Shown: positions 1-9,430 of the stretch, one piece after another
Layout: each line of letters starts with the position of its first letter
Numbering within the stretch: position 1 is the first letter of the stretch
Source of the DNA: an uncultured Arcobacter sp.
GTDB lineage: Bacteria > Campylobacterota > Campylobacteria > Campylobacterales > Arcobacteraceae
Reading direction: 5' to 3'
DNA: 64,000 nucleotides
NCBI GenBank assembly: GCA_965140705.1
Contig: OZ223300.1
Location: 1,344,001 to 1,408,000, forward strand
Notes under the pieces: model-generated
What the model saw: the letters and a program-made list of their open reading frames with translations, nothing else
Database searches by the model: none
What the model was told of the DNA's origin: nothing
Position numbers and translations under genes: made by a program

Positions 1-930
1 AAAATAGTATTATTGGATAATAAAGGTGACAAAGTAGAAACTGCAAATGCTACTACAAGATTAATTTCATCTGATAAAGTAGTTGCTATTTTAGGTGCTT
101 TAACTTCTACTAATACTGCACAAACAATTGCTATTGCTGATAAAAAGAAAGTTCCAGTTATTGCAGCAGTTGCAACAAATGATAAATTAACTGCAAAAAG
201 AGAATTTGCAAATAGAGTTTGTTTTACTGACTCTTTTCAAGGTGAAGTTGTTGCGAACTATGCAATATCACAAGGGTATAAAACTGCTGTTGTAGTTGTG
301 GATCAAGCACAAGTTTATTCTCTAGGTCTTTCAAAAGCTTTCCAACATGCCTTTAAAGCAAAAGGTGGAAAAATTGTTAAAAAAATCAAAATCACTTCAG
401 GTGATAAAGATTTTAAAGCTGTAGTTTCTCAAATCAAACAAATAAATCCAGACTTTATGTTTTTACCATTATATCATCCAGAAGCTTCTATGATTGCTAG
501 ACAATCTAAACAATTAGGATTAAATAAACCAATGTTTAGTGGAGATGGTGTTGCAAATCAAACATTTATTGACTTAGGTGGAGATGCTGTAGAGGGTTAT
601 ATGTTTACAGATTTCTTTGATTATGCAAATCCTCCATCAAAAACTTCAGCAAACTTTGTAGCTTTCCATACAAAAGAGACTGGTGAAAAAGAGATGAATT
701 CATTCACTGCTTTAGGTGCTGATACATATAATGTTTTAATTGCTGCAATGAATAGATGTGAAGATCCTACAAATTCTATTTGCATTAACAATGAAATTAA
801 AAAAACAACTAACTTTGATGGTGTATCTGGAAATATTACAATTGACAAAAATGGTAATGCAACAAGATCTGCTGTTATTAAAGAGATTAAAAATGGAAAA
901 GCTGTATTTAAAGCAACAGTAAATCCATAA
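1..930 (+). CDS. livK: Branched-chain amino acid ABC transporter substrate-binding protein (5'-truncated by window edge)
   Basis: Frame open from base 1 (KIVLLDNKGD...); LivJ/K-type periplasmic binding sequence; followed by livHMGF. Confidence 0.85.
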   Translation, partial: KIVLLDNKGDKVETANATTRLISSDKVVAILGALTSTNTAQTIAIADKKKVPVIAAVATNDKLTAKREFANRVCFTDSFQGEVVANYAISQGYKTAVVVVDQAQVYSLGLSKAFQHAFKAKGGKIVKKIKITSGDKDFKAVVSQIKQINPDFMFLPLYHPEASMIARQSKQLGLNKPMFSGDGVANQTFIDLGGDAVEGYMFTDFFDYANPPSKTSANFVAFHTKETGEKEMNSFTALGADTYNVLIAAMNRCEDPTNSICINNEIKKTTNFDGVSGNITIDKNGNATRSAVIKEIKNGKAVFKATVNP

Positions 931-951
931 TAAAAATAAAAAACAAAATTA

Positions 952-985
952 AAAAAAAGTTTAGTCTTATGGCTAAACTTTTTTT
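952..985 (+). terminator. Intrinsic terminator/stabilising hairpin after the binding-protein gene
   Basis: aaaaaaagtttagtc-ttat-ggctaaacttttttt inverted repeat with T tract. Confidence 0.7.
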
Positions 986-1056
986 GTAATAGTAAAATTA
1001 ATTTGTGTTATTTTTATTATTGCAAAAAAAAGTATTAATATGAATTGGGAGATTTA

Positions 1057-1953
1057 ATGGATATATTAACGTTTATGCAGCAGATGGTAAACGGTTTTAG
1101 TTTGGGTAGTATGTATGCCCTTATTGCGATTGGTTATACGATGGTTTATGGTGTGTTAAGATTGATAAATTTTGCACATGGTGATATTATGATGGTGGGA
1201 GCTTTTTTAGCATATACTTTTATGGCAGTATTTAATTTGCCTTTTCCTCTTACTGTACTTTTAGCAGTTACTTTATCTGCTGTACTTGGAATGTTAATGG
1301 ACAAAATTGCATACAAACCATTAAGGGAAGCTCCAAAAATATCTTTACTTATTACCGCTATTGGGATATCTTTCTTTTTAGAAAATGCATTTACTGTATT
1401 TGTTGGTGGAGTTCCTAGAGCTTTCCCAGTTCCTTCTTATATGGAACAAATATTTACAGTAGCTAATGTTACTTTTTCAGTTTCTTCTATTACTGTGCCT
1501 CTTGTAACGTTGGTTTTACTTTTAGGAATTTTATTTGTTTTATATAAAACAAAATATGGTATGGCAATTAGAGCCTTGTCTTTTGATATCAAAACAGTAA
1601 ATTTAATGGGAGTTGATGCAAATATGATTATATCATTGGTATTTGCATTAGGTTCTGCTTTAGCTGCTGTTGGTGGAATATTTTGGGCTGTTAATTACCC
1701 TTCTGTTGAACCTATGATGGGAGTTTTAGTTGGATTAAAAGCTTTTGCTGCTGCAGTTGTTGGTGGTATTGGTTCTGTTACAGGTGCTGTAGTAGGTGGT
1801 TTTATTATTGGATTTACAGAAGTTGTAGTAATCGCTTTCTTCCCTGAGATGGGTGGATATAAAGATGCTTTTGCTTTTGTATTTTTAATACTAGTACTAT
1901 TATTTAAACCTACTGGTATTATGGGTGAAGATTTAGAAAAGAGTAGGTTTTAA
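1057..1953 (+). CDS. livH: Branched-chain amino acid ABC transporter permease
   Basis: NGFSLGSMYALIAIGYTMVYGVLRLINFAHG signature; ATG at 1057 after ggag RBS. Confidence 0.93.
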   Translation: MDILTFMQQMVNGFSLGSMYALIAIGYTMVYGVLRLINFAHGDIMMVGAFLAYTFMAVFNLPFPLTVLLAVTLSAVLGMLMDKIAYKPLREAPKISLLITAIGISFFLENAFTVFVGGVPRAFPVPSYMEQIFTVANVTFSVSSITVPLVTLVLLLGILFVLYKTKYGMAIRALSFDIKTVNLMGVDANMIISLVFALGSALAAVGGIFWAVNYPSVEPMMGVLVGLKAFAAAVVGGIGSVTGAVVGGFIIGFTEVVVIAFFPEMGGYKDAFAFVFLILVLLFKPTGIMGEDLEKSRF

Positions 1954-1955
1954 TT

Positions 1956-2996
1956 ATGATAAGAGATTCAATTTTTACAAAACAAAGAATAATTAATCTA
2001 GGTATTATCATTACTGCTATTTGGTTTACATGGTTTGCTCAACAAGTTTTTGATGAATATACAGTACGAATTATAAATAATGTTGCTATTTTTATTATTC
2101 TAGCAGTTTCTTATAACCTAATAAATGGGGTTACAGGTCAGTTTTCACTAGAGCCAAATGGGTTTGTTGCAATTGGTGCTTATGTTACGGCTATATTATT
2201 AGTTGATAAAGAAGGTATGTTATATCAATATGATATTTCAGATCCATATCCTTGGGTTTTAGCTTTACAGACTAACTTTTTCTGGGCTTTAATTTTATCA
2301 GGTATTATTTCATCACTTTTAGCTCTATCTTTATCTTTTCCTGTATTTAGAGTAAGGGGTGATTATCTTGCAATTGTTACTCTTGGATTTGGGTTTATTA
2401 TTAGAATTTTAGCTATTAATTCACCAGAGATTACAAATGGTTCTTTAGGTATAAATGATATTCCCCAATTTTCAAATCTATATTGGACAGGTGGAATTGC
2501 AATATTTGCAGTTCTAGCAATCTTAAATATTATTTACTCAAAATATGGGCGAGCTATGAAAGCAGTTCGAGATGATGAAGATGCAGCGAGTGCTATGGGT
2601 ATTAATACTTTTAAAATAAAAACATTGGCTTTTACTACATCAGCATTTTTTGAAGGTGTTGGTGGTGGATTATTAGCAGCACTTTTAACATCAATCAGTC
2701 CAGACTTATTTACTTTCTTCTTTACTTTCCAATTATTAATAATTATCGTAATAGGTGGACTTGGAAGTACTACAGGTGCAATAATTGGTACAGTCATGGT
2801 TATGGCTGGATTAGAATGGATGAGATTCTTAGATGAACCAATTAATTTTATGGGAATACATACAGATGGATTACCAGGGATGAGAATGGTTGTATTTGCT
2901 TTAATTTTAATTGTTGTAATGCTTTTTGCAAGAGAAGGTTTAATGGGAAAAAAAGAGTTAAAAGATTTATTTAAAAAGAAAAAGGCAAACAAATGA
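1956..2996 (+). CDS. livM: Branched-chain amino acid ABC transporter permease
   Basis: RVRGDYLAIVTLGFG and GRAMKAVRDDEDAA motifs; hydrophobic. Confidence 0.93.
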   Translation: MIRDSIFTKQRIINLGIIITAIWFTWFAQQVFDEYTVRIINNVAIFIILAVSYNLINGVTGQFSLEPNGFVAIGAYVTAILLVDKEGMLYQYDISDPYPWVLALQTNFFWALILSGIISSLLALSLSFPVFRVRGDYLAIVTLGFGFIIRILAINSPEITNGSLGINDIPQFSNLYWTGGIAIFAVLAILNIIYSKYGRAMKAVRDDEDAASAMGINTFKIKTLAFTTSAFFEGVGGGLLAALLTSISPDLFTFFFTFQLLIIIVIGGLGSTTGAIIGTVMVMAGLEWMRFLDEPINFMGIHTDGLPGMRMVVFALILIVVMLFAREGLMGKKELKDLFKKKKANK

Positions 2997-3760
2997 TTTT
3001 AGAAGTTTGCAATGTAACTAAAAACTTTGGTGGAGTAACTGCCATAAAAGATACTTCATTTCAAGTAAAAGCAAAAGAGATTTACGGTCTTATTGGACCA
3101 AATGGTGCTGGTAAAACAACAATGTTTAATATTATTACAGGAAATTATGAACCAACATATGGTGATATAAAATTTCATGGTCAAAAAATAAATGGAATAA
3201 AGCCTTATAAAATAGTTCATAGAGGGATAGCAAGAACTTTTCAAAATATTAGACTTTTTACTTCAATGACAGTTTTAGATAATATTCTTATTGGTTTTGA
3301 TTATCAAGCTTCATATTCATATTTGGAAACAATTTTTAGATTGCCAAGATTTTTTAAAGAAGAAAAAAGAGTAAAACAAAGAGCTTTTGAGATAATGGAA
3401 GTATTGGGAATCGCTGATTATGCAGATGAATTGGCAACATCACTTTCTTATGGGCAGCAAAGAAAAGTTGAAATTGCAAGAGCTTTAGCTGCAAATCCCC
3501 AGTTACTTTTATTAGATGAACCAGCAGCAGGAATGAATCCTCAAGAAACACATGAATTAGCTGAACTATTTTTTAAAATAAGAGATCAATTTGATATTAC
3601 TATTTTATTAATAGAACATGATATGAAATTTGTAAATCATTTATGTGATAGGGTTATGGTATTAGATTATGGTAAAACTATATTTGAAGGTAAAATAGAA
3701 GATGCTATCAAAGATGAAGAAGTAATTAAGGCTTATTTAGGAGATTTCAAACATGCTTAA
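2993..3760 (+). CDS. livG: Branched-chain amino acid ABC transporter ATPase
   Basis: Walker A GPNGAGKTT, GIARTFQNIRLF, LLLLDEPAAG, C-terminal AYLG. Confidence 0.93.
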   Translation: MILEVCNVTKNFGGVTAIKDTSFQVKAKEIYGLIGPNGAGKTTMFNIITGNYEPTYGDIKFHGQKINGIKPYKIVHRGIARTFQNIRLFTSMTVLDNILIGFDYQASYSYLETIFRLPRFFKEEKRVKQRAFEIMEVLGIADYADELATSLSYGQQRKVEIARALAANPQLLLLDEPAAGMNPQETHELAELFFKIRDQFDITILLIEHDMKFVNHLCDRVMVLDYGKTIFEGKIEDAIKDEEVIKAYLGDFKHA

Positions 3761-4451
3761 AGTAAAAAATTTAGAAGTCTTTTATGGTCTTATTAAAGGT
3801 GTAAAAGGTATTGATTTTGAAGTTCAAAAGGGAAAAATTGTCTCTTTGATTGGTTCAAATGGTGCAGGTAAAACTTCAACTTTACAATCGATTGTTAATG
3901 ATGTTAAAAAAACTGGGAGTATTTTTTTTAATGATTTAGATATCTCAAAACTTCCAACATATAAAATAATTCAAAAGGGAATCTCTTTAGTTCCTGAAGG
4001 GCGAAGGGTATTTCAAAATCTTACTATTGAAGAAAATATGAGAATGGGAGCTTTTAATCAAAGTGAAAGTTTTTATGAAGAATATCAAGAAAAAATGTTT
4101 AAATTATTTCCAAGACTAATTGATAAAAAGGGTCAATTAGGTGGTACTATGAGTGGTGGAGAACAACAAATGCTAGCAATTGCTAGAGCTTTGATGAGTT
4201 CACCAAAACTTCTTATGTTAGATGAACCATCACTAGGTCTTGCTCCAAAAATTATTGGAGAACTTTTTGAAACAATTATTAAACTAAAAGAAAATGGTAT
4301 TACAATATTATTAGTGGAACAAAATGCATATGCAGCTTTAGAAATTTCTGATTATAGTTATGTTTTAGAAAATGGAGAAGTTGCACTAGAAGGTATTGGA
4401 AGTGAACTTTTAAAATCAAATGACATCAAAGCAAAATACTTAGGCGCTTAA
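3753..4451 (+). CDS. livF: Branched-chain amino acid ABC transporter ATPase
   Basis: GSNGAGKTS, VPEGRRVF, MSGGEQQMLA, LDEPSLGLAP. Confidence 0.93.
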   Translation: MLKVKNLEVFYGLIKGVKGIDFEVQKGKIVSLIGSNGAGKTSTLQSIVNDVKKTGSIFFNDLDISKLPTYKIIQKGISLVPEGRRVFQNLTIEENMRMGAFNQSESFYEEYQEKMFKLFPRLIDKKGQLGGTMSGGEQQMLAIARALMSSPKLLMLDEPSLGLAPKIIGELFETIIKLKENGITILLVEQNAYAALEISDYSYVLENGEVALEGIGSELLKSNDIKAKYLGA

Positions 4452-4527
4452 AATATCTTTACTGTTTACTGTTGATTAATGGTTAAATAGTAAAGTGTGT
4501 TATATTAAAAATCGGGGAAAATAATAT

Positions 4528-4929
4528 ATGTTATTAATGAAACTAGAGACTAAAGAAAAGTTTGCTTTTTTACAGTTGGCTCAACATCTAGCAAGGGTAG
4601 ATGGGGAATATGGTAATCGAGAACAAGATGTTATAGATGAATATTGCGTTGAGATGGGAATTGATAAACCAAGATTCTTCAACGAAGCTGATTTCAATTT
4701 AGATGAAATACTTTGTTCTTTTAAATCAACAAAAAGTAAAAAAATTGTTATTTTAGAACTTATGATTTTAGTTCATATTGACGATAAATTTGATAAAAAA
4801 GAGCATGAATTGACTAAAAAAATAGTTGATTCTTTTAAAATCAATGATAAAGATTTAAAATATTTCTCTTTTTGGGGAAAAGCAGTTTCTTCTTTATACG
4901 AACAAGGTAAACTTTTTATAGAAGATTAA
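4528..4929 (+). CDS. TerB-like (tellurite resistance family) protein
   Basis: Two repeated A/VxxDgxxxxxE motifs (ARVDGEYGNRE; VHIDDKFDKKE). Confidence 0.65.
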   Translation: MLLMKLETKEKFAFLQLAQHLARVDGEYGNREQDVIDEYCVEMGIDKPRFFNEADFNLDEILCSFKSTKSKKIVILELMILVHIDDKFDKKEHELTKKIVDSFKINDKDLKYFSFWGKAVSSLYEQGKLFIED

Positions 4930-5297
4930 TAGATTTTTTTTGTATAGATCTGAAATAGGTGACTATTTGGATCTATAAAAAACACTTCCTTTTTAGAAGA
5001 ACTTTCTCTTATCTTCTTGTTATTTAAATCATTTATATTATCTCCAAATAATAATTTTTCTTTTTTTAAATTTATAATTAATTGATTAAAAGATATATCA
5101 TCTACTTCAAATACATAATGATTATTTGTATACTCTTCTGTCTCTTCTAATTCAAATTTTAATTTTTCATTTACAGTAACAATAATATTTTTATTTTCTG
5201 CCTTTGTAGATTTAAAATCAAAGATTCTTCTGTAAAAATTTTTAGCAATTATAGCATCTATACAAGGAACAATAAAATGTACAAGATTGATATTCAT
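4926..5297 (-). CDS. VOC/glyoxalase-family protein
   Basis: FYRRIF, HYVFEV and VFFIDPNSHLFQI motifs. Confidence 0.7.
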   Translation of the reverse strand: MNINLVHFIVPCIDAIIAKNFYRRIFDFKSTKAENKNIIVTVNEKLKFELEETEEYTNNHYVFEVDDISFNQLIINLKKEKLLFGDNINDLNNKKIRESSSKKEVFFIDPNSHLFQIYTKKIY

Positions 5298-5384
5298 GAC
5301 TCAAGCCTTAGTTATTTCTTTACTATTATACATTATATGTATAAAATTTATTGTAATAGTTATAAAATTTAGATAAAATCACGC

Positions 5385-5585
5385 ATGGAAATAACTGAAA
5401 TACTTAATACACAAATAGATAAACTATTAGAAGATTATGAATTATTAAAATCTAAAAATCAATATCTTACAATAGAACTTGAAAAATTAAAAAATAAAAA
5501 TGATGAATTAATTAGAAATAATCAAGATATGCTTTTAAAAATTGACAGTACTTTAACTTTAACAAAGGCAAAGAATGGAGAATAA
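5385..5585 (+). CDS. Small coiled-coil protein, ZapB-like
   Basis: 66-aa heptad coiled coil directly upstream of a ZapA-like ORF. Confidence 0.45.
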   Translation: MEITEILNTQIDKLLEDYELLKSKNQYLTIELEKLKNKNDELIRNNQDMLLKIDSTLTLTKAKNGE

Positions 5586-5790
5586 AAAACTAACCTTTCA
5601 CATTGATAATATGGCATATAGTATTAATGTAGACCCAAAACTAGAGATGGAATTAACAAAATTTCTATCCCCTGATAGATCTCATACAACAAAAGAACTT
5701 TTATACGCTTACCTTTGTAAATCTCAAGAACATTTTACTTTTAAAGAAGAAGTAGAAAAAATTTCAAGCAAACTACCAAAACTTTCATGA
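5575..5790 (+). CDS. Small protein, ZapA-like
   Basis: KLTFHIDNMAYSINV resembles the ZapA N-terminal beta hairpin; overlaps both neighbours. Confidence 0.4.
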   Translation: MENKKLTFHIDNMAYSINVDPKLEMELTKFLSPDRSHTTKELLYAYLCKSQEHFTFKEEVEKISSKLPKLS

Positions 5791-6248
5791 AAAATGCTTT
5801 TTCTCTATTAGAAATTATTGTTGTTGTTCTAATAGTTGGATTACTAGGTACATTTGCTATTAATAAATTTTTTTATTCAATAGATAAATCAAATAAACTA
5901 AAAATAAAATCAGAAGTTGCACTTATAAATAATGCAATAAATAGAGTATATTCAGATCAAGTTTTATTAGGTAATTCTACTTTTACCTTAGATAGATTAG
6001 ATGATGCTTCGATAAATACAGCTGGTGATTCCTTATTTATAGGTTACAATGAATATATTCTATTAGATGTTGTAATTATTTCAACTTCTGAAGATAAAAA
6101 AGAACTTGCAAAATGGATAAAAACTTCAGATACAAGTTATAAAACATATCTTTCAAAAGATGTATCTATAACTTTTGAGTTTGATAAAAATAAAGGTACT
6201 TTTGCTTGTAAAAAGAGCAATAAAGTCTGTAAAGAGCTTATGCTATGA
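5787..6248 (+). CDS. Prepilin-type N-terminal cleavage/methylation protein (pseudopilin)
   Basis: MKNAFSLLEIIVVVLIVGLL class III signal. Confidence 0.85.
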   Translation: MKNAFSLLEIIVVVLIVGLLGTFAINKFFYSIDKSNKLKIKSEVALINNAINRVYSDQVLLGNSTFTLDRLDDASINTAGDSLFIGYNEYILLDVVIISTSEDKKELAKWIKTSDTSYKTYLSKDVSITFEFDKNKGTFACKKSNKVCKELML

Positions 6249-8095
6249 GTTTTTATTATGAATTGGCACTATTAAAGTCACCCTTAGATAATTTGACCTA
6301 TTGTAGTGAGGAAAAAATAGAGATTGGAACACTAGTAGAAGTCTCTTTACAAAGAAGAAAGGTTTTATCAAAAGCTGTGGTTATAAAAGAAGTTGAAAAA
6401 CCAACTTTCAAGTGTATAACAATACAAACAATAACAAACTTTTTTTATTCTGTTGAGATGATTAAGATAGCTACTTTTACATCTATGTATTATGTATCCT
6501 CACTTGGGGAAGCTTTGTCTTTATTTATTCCCTTTGATAAAACTATAATGAAGTATAATGAAAAATATAGAGTTGAATCAAATATTGTTTTATCAAAAGA
6601 GCAAGAAGAAGCATATAGTTTTTGTATGAATCACAAACAATCTTTACTTTTTGCAAATACGGGTTCTGGAAAAACAGAAATTTATATTAAAACCATAGAA
6701 AAGTATCTAAATGAAGATAAACAAGCTATTCTTCTTATGCCTGAAATCTCTTTGACTCCACAGATGCAAAATAGATTGGAAAAAGTATTTAAAGAAAAAG
6801 TTGCTATTTGGCACTCTAAAATTACTAAAAAAAGAAAAGAAGAGATAATAAATAAAGTTTTATCAGGTGAGATAAAATTATTAGCAGGTGCTAGGTCAGC
6901 TCTATTTTTACCCTTAGATAATTTAGGTTTGATAATTGTTGATGAAGAGCACGATGAATCATATAAAAGTGATAGTAAACCAAGATACAATACAAAAGAT
7001 TTAGCTTTGTATATTTCAAAAACTTTAGATATTCAAGCTATATTAGGAAGTGCAACACCATCATTAAACACTTATCACAAAATTCCTTTTTATAGATTAT
7101 CCAAAACATATTTTGATACTAAAAAAAGTATAAATTATGATGATAGTACTTCAAACTTAAGTCCTAAAATTGTAAATAAAATAAAAAGTATAATTGAACA
7201 AAAACATCAAGTTATTATTTTCCTTCCTACAAGAGCTAATTACAAGTATCAAGTTTGTACAAGTTGTGGAAGCTCTGTAGAGTGTCCTTTTTGTTCTGTT
7301 TCAATGAGTCTACATAAAAATGCACTAGCACTTAAATGTCACTATTGTGGATATACTCAACAAATACCAAAAACATGTCCTTCTTGTAAAACAGGTGTTA
7401 TTCATAACCTAAGAGTTGGTACTGCTCAAATAGAAGAGGAGTTGAACTTTATCTTTCCAGATAAAATAATAAAAAGATTTGATAGAGATGAAGTAAAAAC
7501 AGATACACAATTGCGAAAAGTATTAGAAGAGTTTAATAAAAATAAAATAGATATTTTAGTTGGTACGCAAATGCTCTCTAAAGGACATGATTATCATAAT
7601 GTAAAACTTGCAGTTGTACTTGGAATTGATTCAATCTTAAAAATGAATTCATACAAAGCAAGGGAGAGGGCACTTTCTCTTTTGATTCAAATTTCTGGAA
7701 GAAGTGGAAGAAAAGGTGAGGGTGAAGTGATTATTCAAACTCAAAATAAAGAATTTTTTGATTTTTATTTAGGAAATAAAGATTATAAGGAGTTTTTAGA
7801 TGAAGAACTTACTTTTAGGGAAGAATTATATCCACCATATTATAAATTAGCAAAAGTTATTTTTGCCCATACAAATGGATTGAAAGTAAAAGATGAGTTT
7901 GATAGATATACAAAAATTTTAAAAGCAAATGAAAAAATAGAAGTAGTAGGAGCAAATCAATCTCCTATTTTCAAGTTATCAAATAAATATAGATATGAGA
8001 TATTACTTCGATCTAAAAATATAAAAGCTTTAATTGAAGTTTTACATAGTATAAAATCACCAATGGCAAGTATCGATATGGATACAATTTATTAA
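6245..8095 (+). CDS. priA: Primosomal protein N' helicase
   Basis: TGSGKTE, DEEHD, four CxxC pairs, GTQMLSKGHD. Confidence 0.95.
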   Translation: MSFYYELALLKSPLDNLTYCSEEKIEIGTLVEVSLQRRKVLSKAVVIKEVEKPTFKCITIQTITNFFYSVEMIKIATFTSMYYVSSLGEALSLFIPFDKTIMKYNEKYRVESNIVLSKEQEEAYSFCMNHKQSLLFANTGSGKTEIYIKTIEKYLNEDKQAILLMPEISLTPQMQNRLEKVFKEKVAIWHSKITKKRKEEIINKVLSGEIKLLAGARSALFLPLDNLGLIIVDEEHDESYKSDSKPRYNTKDLALYISKTLDIQAILGSATPSLNTYHKIPFYRLSKTYFDTKKSINYDDSTSNLSPKIVNKIKSIIEQKHQVIIFLPTRANYKYQVCTSCGSSVECPFCSVSMSLHKNALALKCHYCGYTQQIPKTCPSCKTGVIHNLRVGTAQIEEELNFIFPDKIIKRFDRDEVKTDTQLRKVLEEFNKNKIDILVGTQMLSKGHDYHNVKLAVVLGIDSILKMNSYKARERALSLLIQISGRSGRKGEGEVIIQTQNKEFFDFYLGNKDYKEFLDEELTFREELYPPYYKLAKVIFAHTNGLKVKDEFDRYTKILKANEKIEVVGANQSPIFKLSNKYRYEILLRSKNIKALIEVLHSIKSPMASIDMDTIY

Positions 8096-8167
8096 AAAAT
8101 ATATTTAATTTTCTCTTAGTAAAGTTTATAGTATAATCGGCAAAAAATTTATATAGGACAGAATAAT

Positions 8168-9355
8168 ATGATTTATACGGCAGATGAATTTAAAAAATTA
8201 GTTGAGGAAGTTCAATCACAAGATTGGTATAGAAATCCAATAGGATTTGGTATTGCAAGAGTTGATAGGGGACAATTAAATCCAGAAAAAATCTTACAAG
8301 CAACATATCCAGTTGTAAACTGGAATGAAAACTTTGGAAGTGCAGCTGTATTTTTAAATGCATTAAAACAATCAGGTGCAGATGTTGATACAACAAAATC
8401 AGAGTTAGTATGTAATGTTACAGATGATTTTTTAACTTCTTGTATTGAAGCTTTTAGACCATTTAATCCAGAAGCAAAAGGTGACGCACATAGAAATGTA
8501 CAAGTTATCTCATCACTTGCTACTTTACCTTTAGATTCAGGTTTAAGTCCTGATGACTTTAAAGTAGTATTTATTTTTGAAGATACGAATCCAGTAAGTG
8601 TTGAATCTGTTTATTTAAAACTTTATGCACTATCCCTTGGAAAAGCAAAATTAAGAAGTCTTAATTTAAATGGTGCCTTTGGTGTATTAGAAAATTGTGC
8701 ATGGACTGGAAGTCAACCTATAGAGTTAGACTGGTTAAGAGCAAATGAAATTTCACTAAAAATCACTAATCAATATCCAGAAATAACAATGGTAGATAAA
8801 TTCCCAAGATTTTTATCTCATGTTATTCCTGCTGATAATACAAGAATTTTGGAAACTTCAAAAGTAAGATTTGGAGCACAATTAGCAGCTGGAACAACTG
8901 TTATGCCAGGAGCTGCTTATATTAACTTCAATGCAGGTACTGAAGGTGCTGTTATGGTTGAAGGAAGAATCTCTTCAAGTGCAGTAGTTGGTGCTGGTTC
9001 TGATGTTGGTGGTGGAGCTTCTATTCTTGGAGTTTTATCAGGTACTGATGGTGTTCCTGTTTCTATTGGAGAGAATACTCTTCTTGGAGCGAATTCTTGT
9101 ACTGGTACTGCTATTGGTGATGGTTGTATACTTGATGCTGGTGTTACTATCTTACCAGGAACTAAAGTTACACTTTCTGAAAAAGCAGTTGCTGCATTAA
9201 AAGAGATTAATCCTGATAAAGAGATTACAACAGTTATGAAAGGTAGTGACTTTTTTGGAGTTAATGGTGTTCATTTTAGAGTAAATTCTCAAACAGGTCA
9301 AACTATTGCTATGAGAAGTACAAGAGAAGTAAAACTTAACGCTGATTTACACTAA
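8168..9355 (+). CDS. dapD: Tetrahydrodipicolinate N-succinyltransferase (epsilon/actinobacterial type)
   Basis: VDKFPRF, NFNAGT, MVEGRISSSA, GGGASILGVLSG, ends LNADLH. Confidence 0.92.
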   Translation: MIYTADEFKKLVEEVQSQDWYRNPIGFGIARVDRGQLNPEKILQATYPVVNWNENFGSAAVFLNALKQSGADVDTTKSELVCNVTDDFLTSCIEAFRPFNPEAKGDAHRNVQVISSLATLPLDSGLSPDDFKVVFIFEDTNPVSVESVYLKLYALSLGKAKLRSLNLNGAFGVLENCAWTGSQPIELDWLRANEISLKITNQYPEITMVDKFPRFLSHVIPADNTRILETSKVRFGAQLAAGTTVMPGAAYINFNAGTEGAVMVEGRISSSAVVGAGSDVGGGASILGVLSGTDGVPVSIGENTLLGANSCTGTAIGDGCILDAGVTILPGTKVTLSEKAVAALKEINPDKEITTVMKGSDFFGVNGVHFRVNSQTGQTIAMRSTREVKLNADLH

Positions 9356-9373
9356 ATAAAAAGATTAATAAAT

Positions 9374-9409
9374 AAAAAAGGGATGAGTTATATACTCATC
9401 CCTTTTTTT
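9374..9409. terminator. Bidirectional intrinsic terminator
   Basis: aaaaaagggatgagt-tatat-actcatccctttttt between convergent genes. Confidence 0.85.
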
Positions 9410-9430
9410 ATAATTAGTATAAATATGATA

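Noticed and set aside
2534..2992. 152-aa - strand ORF (and similar short antisense ORFs across the window)
   Set aside because: Lie wholly opposite well-supported genes, with no motifs
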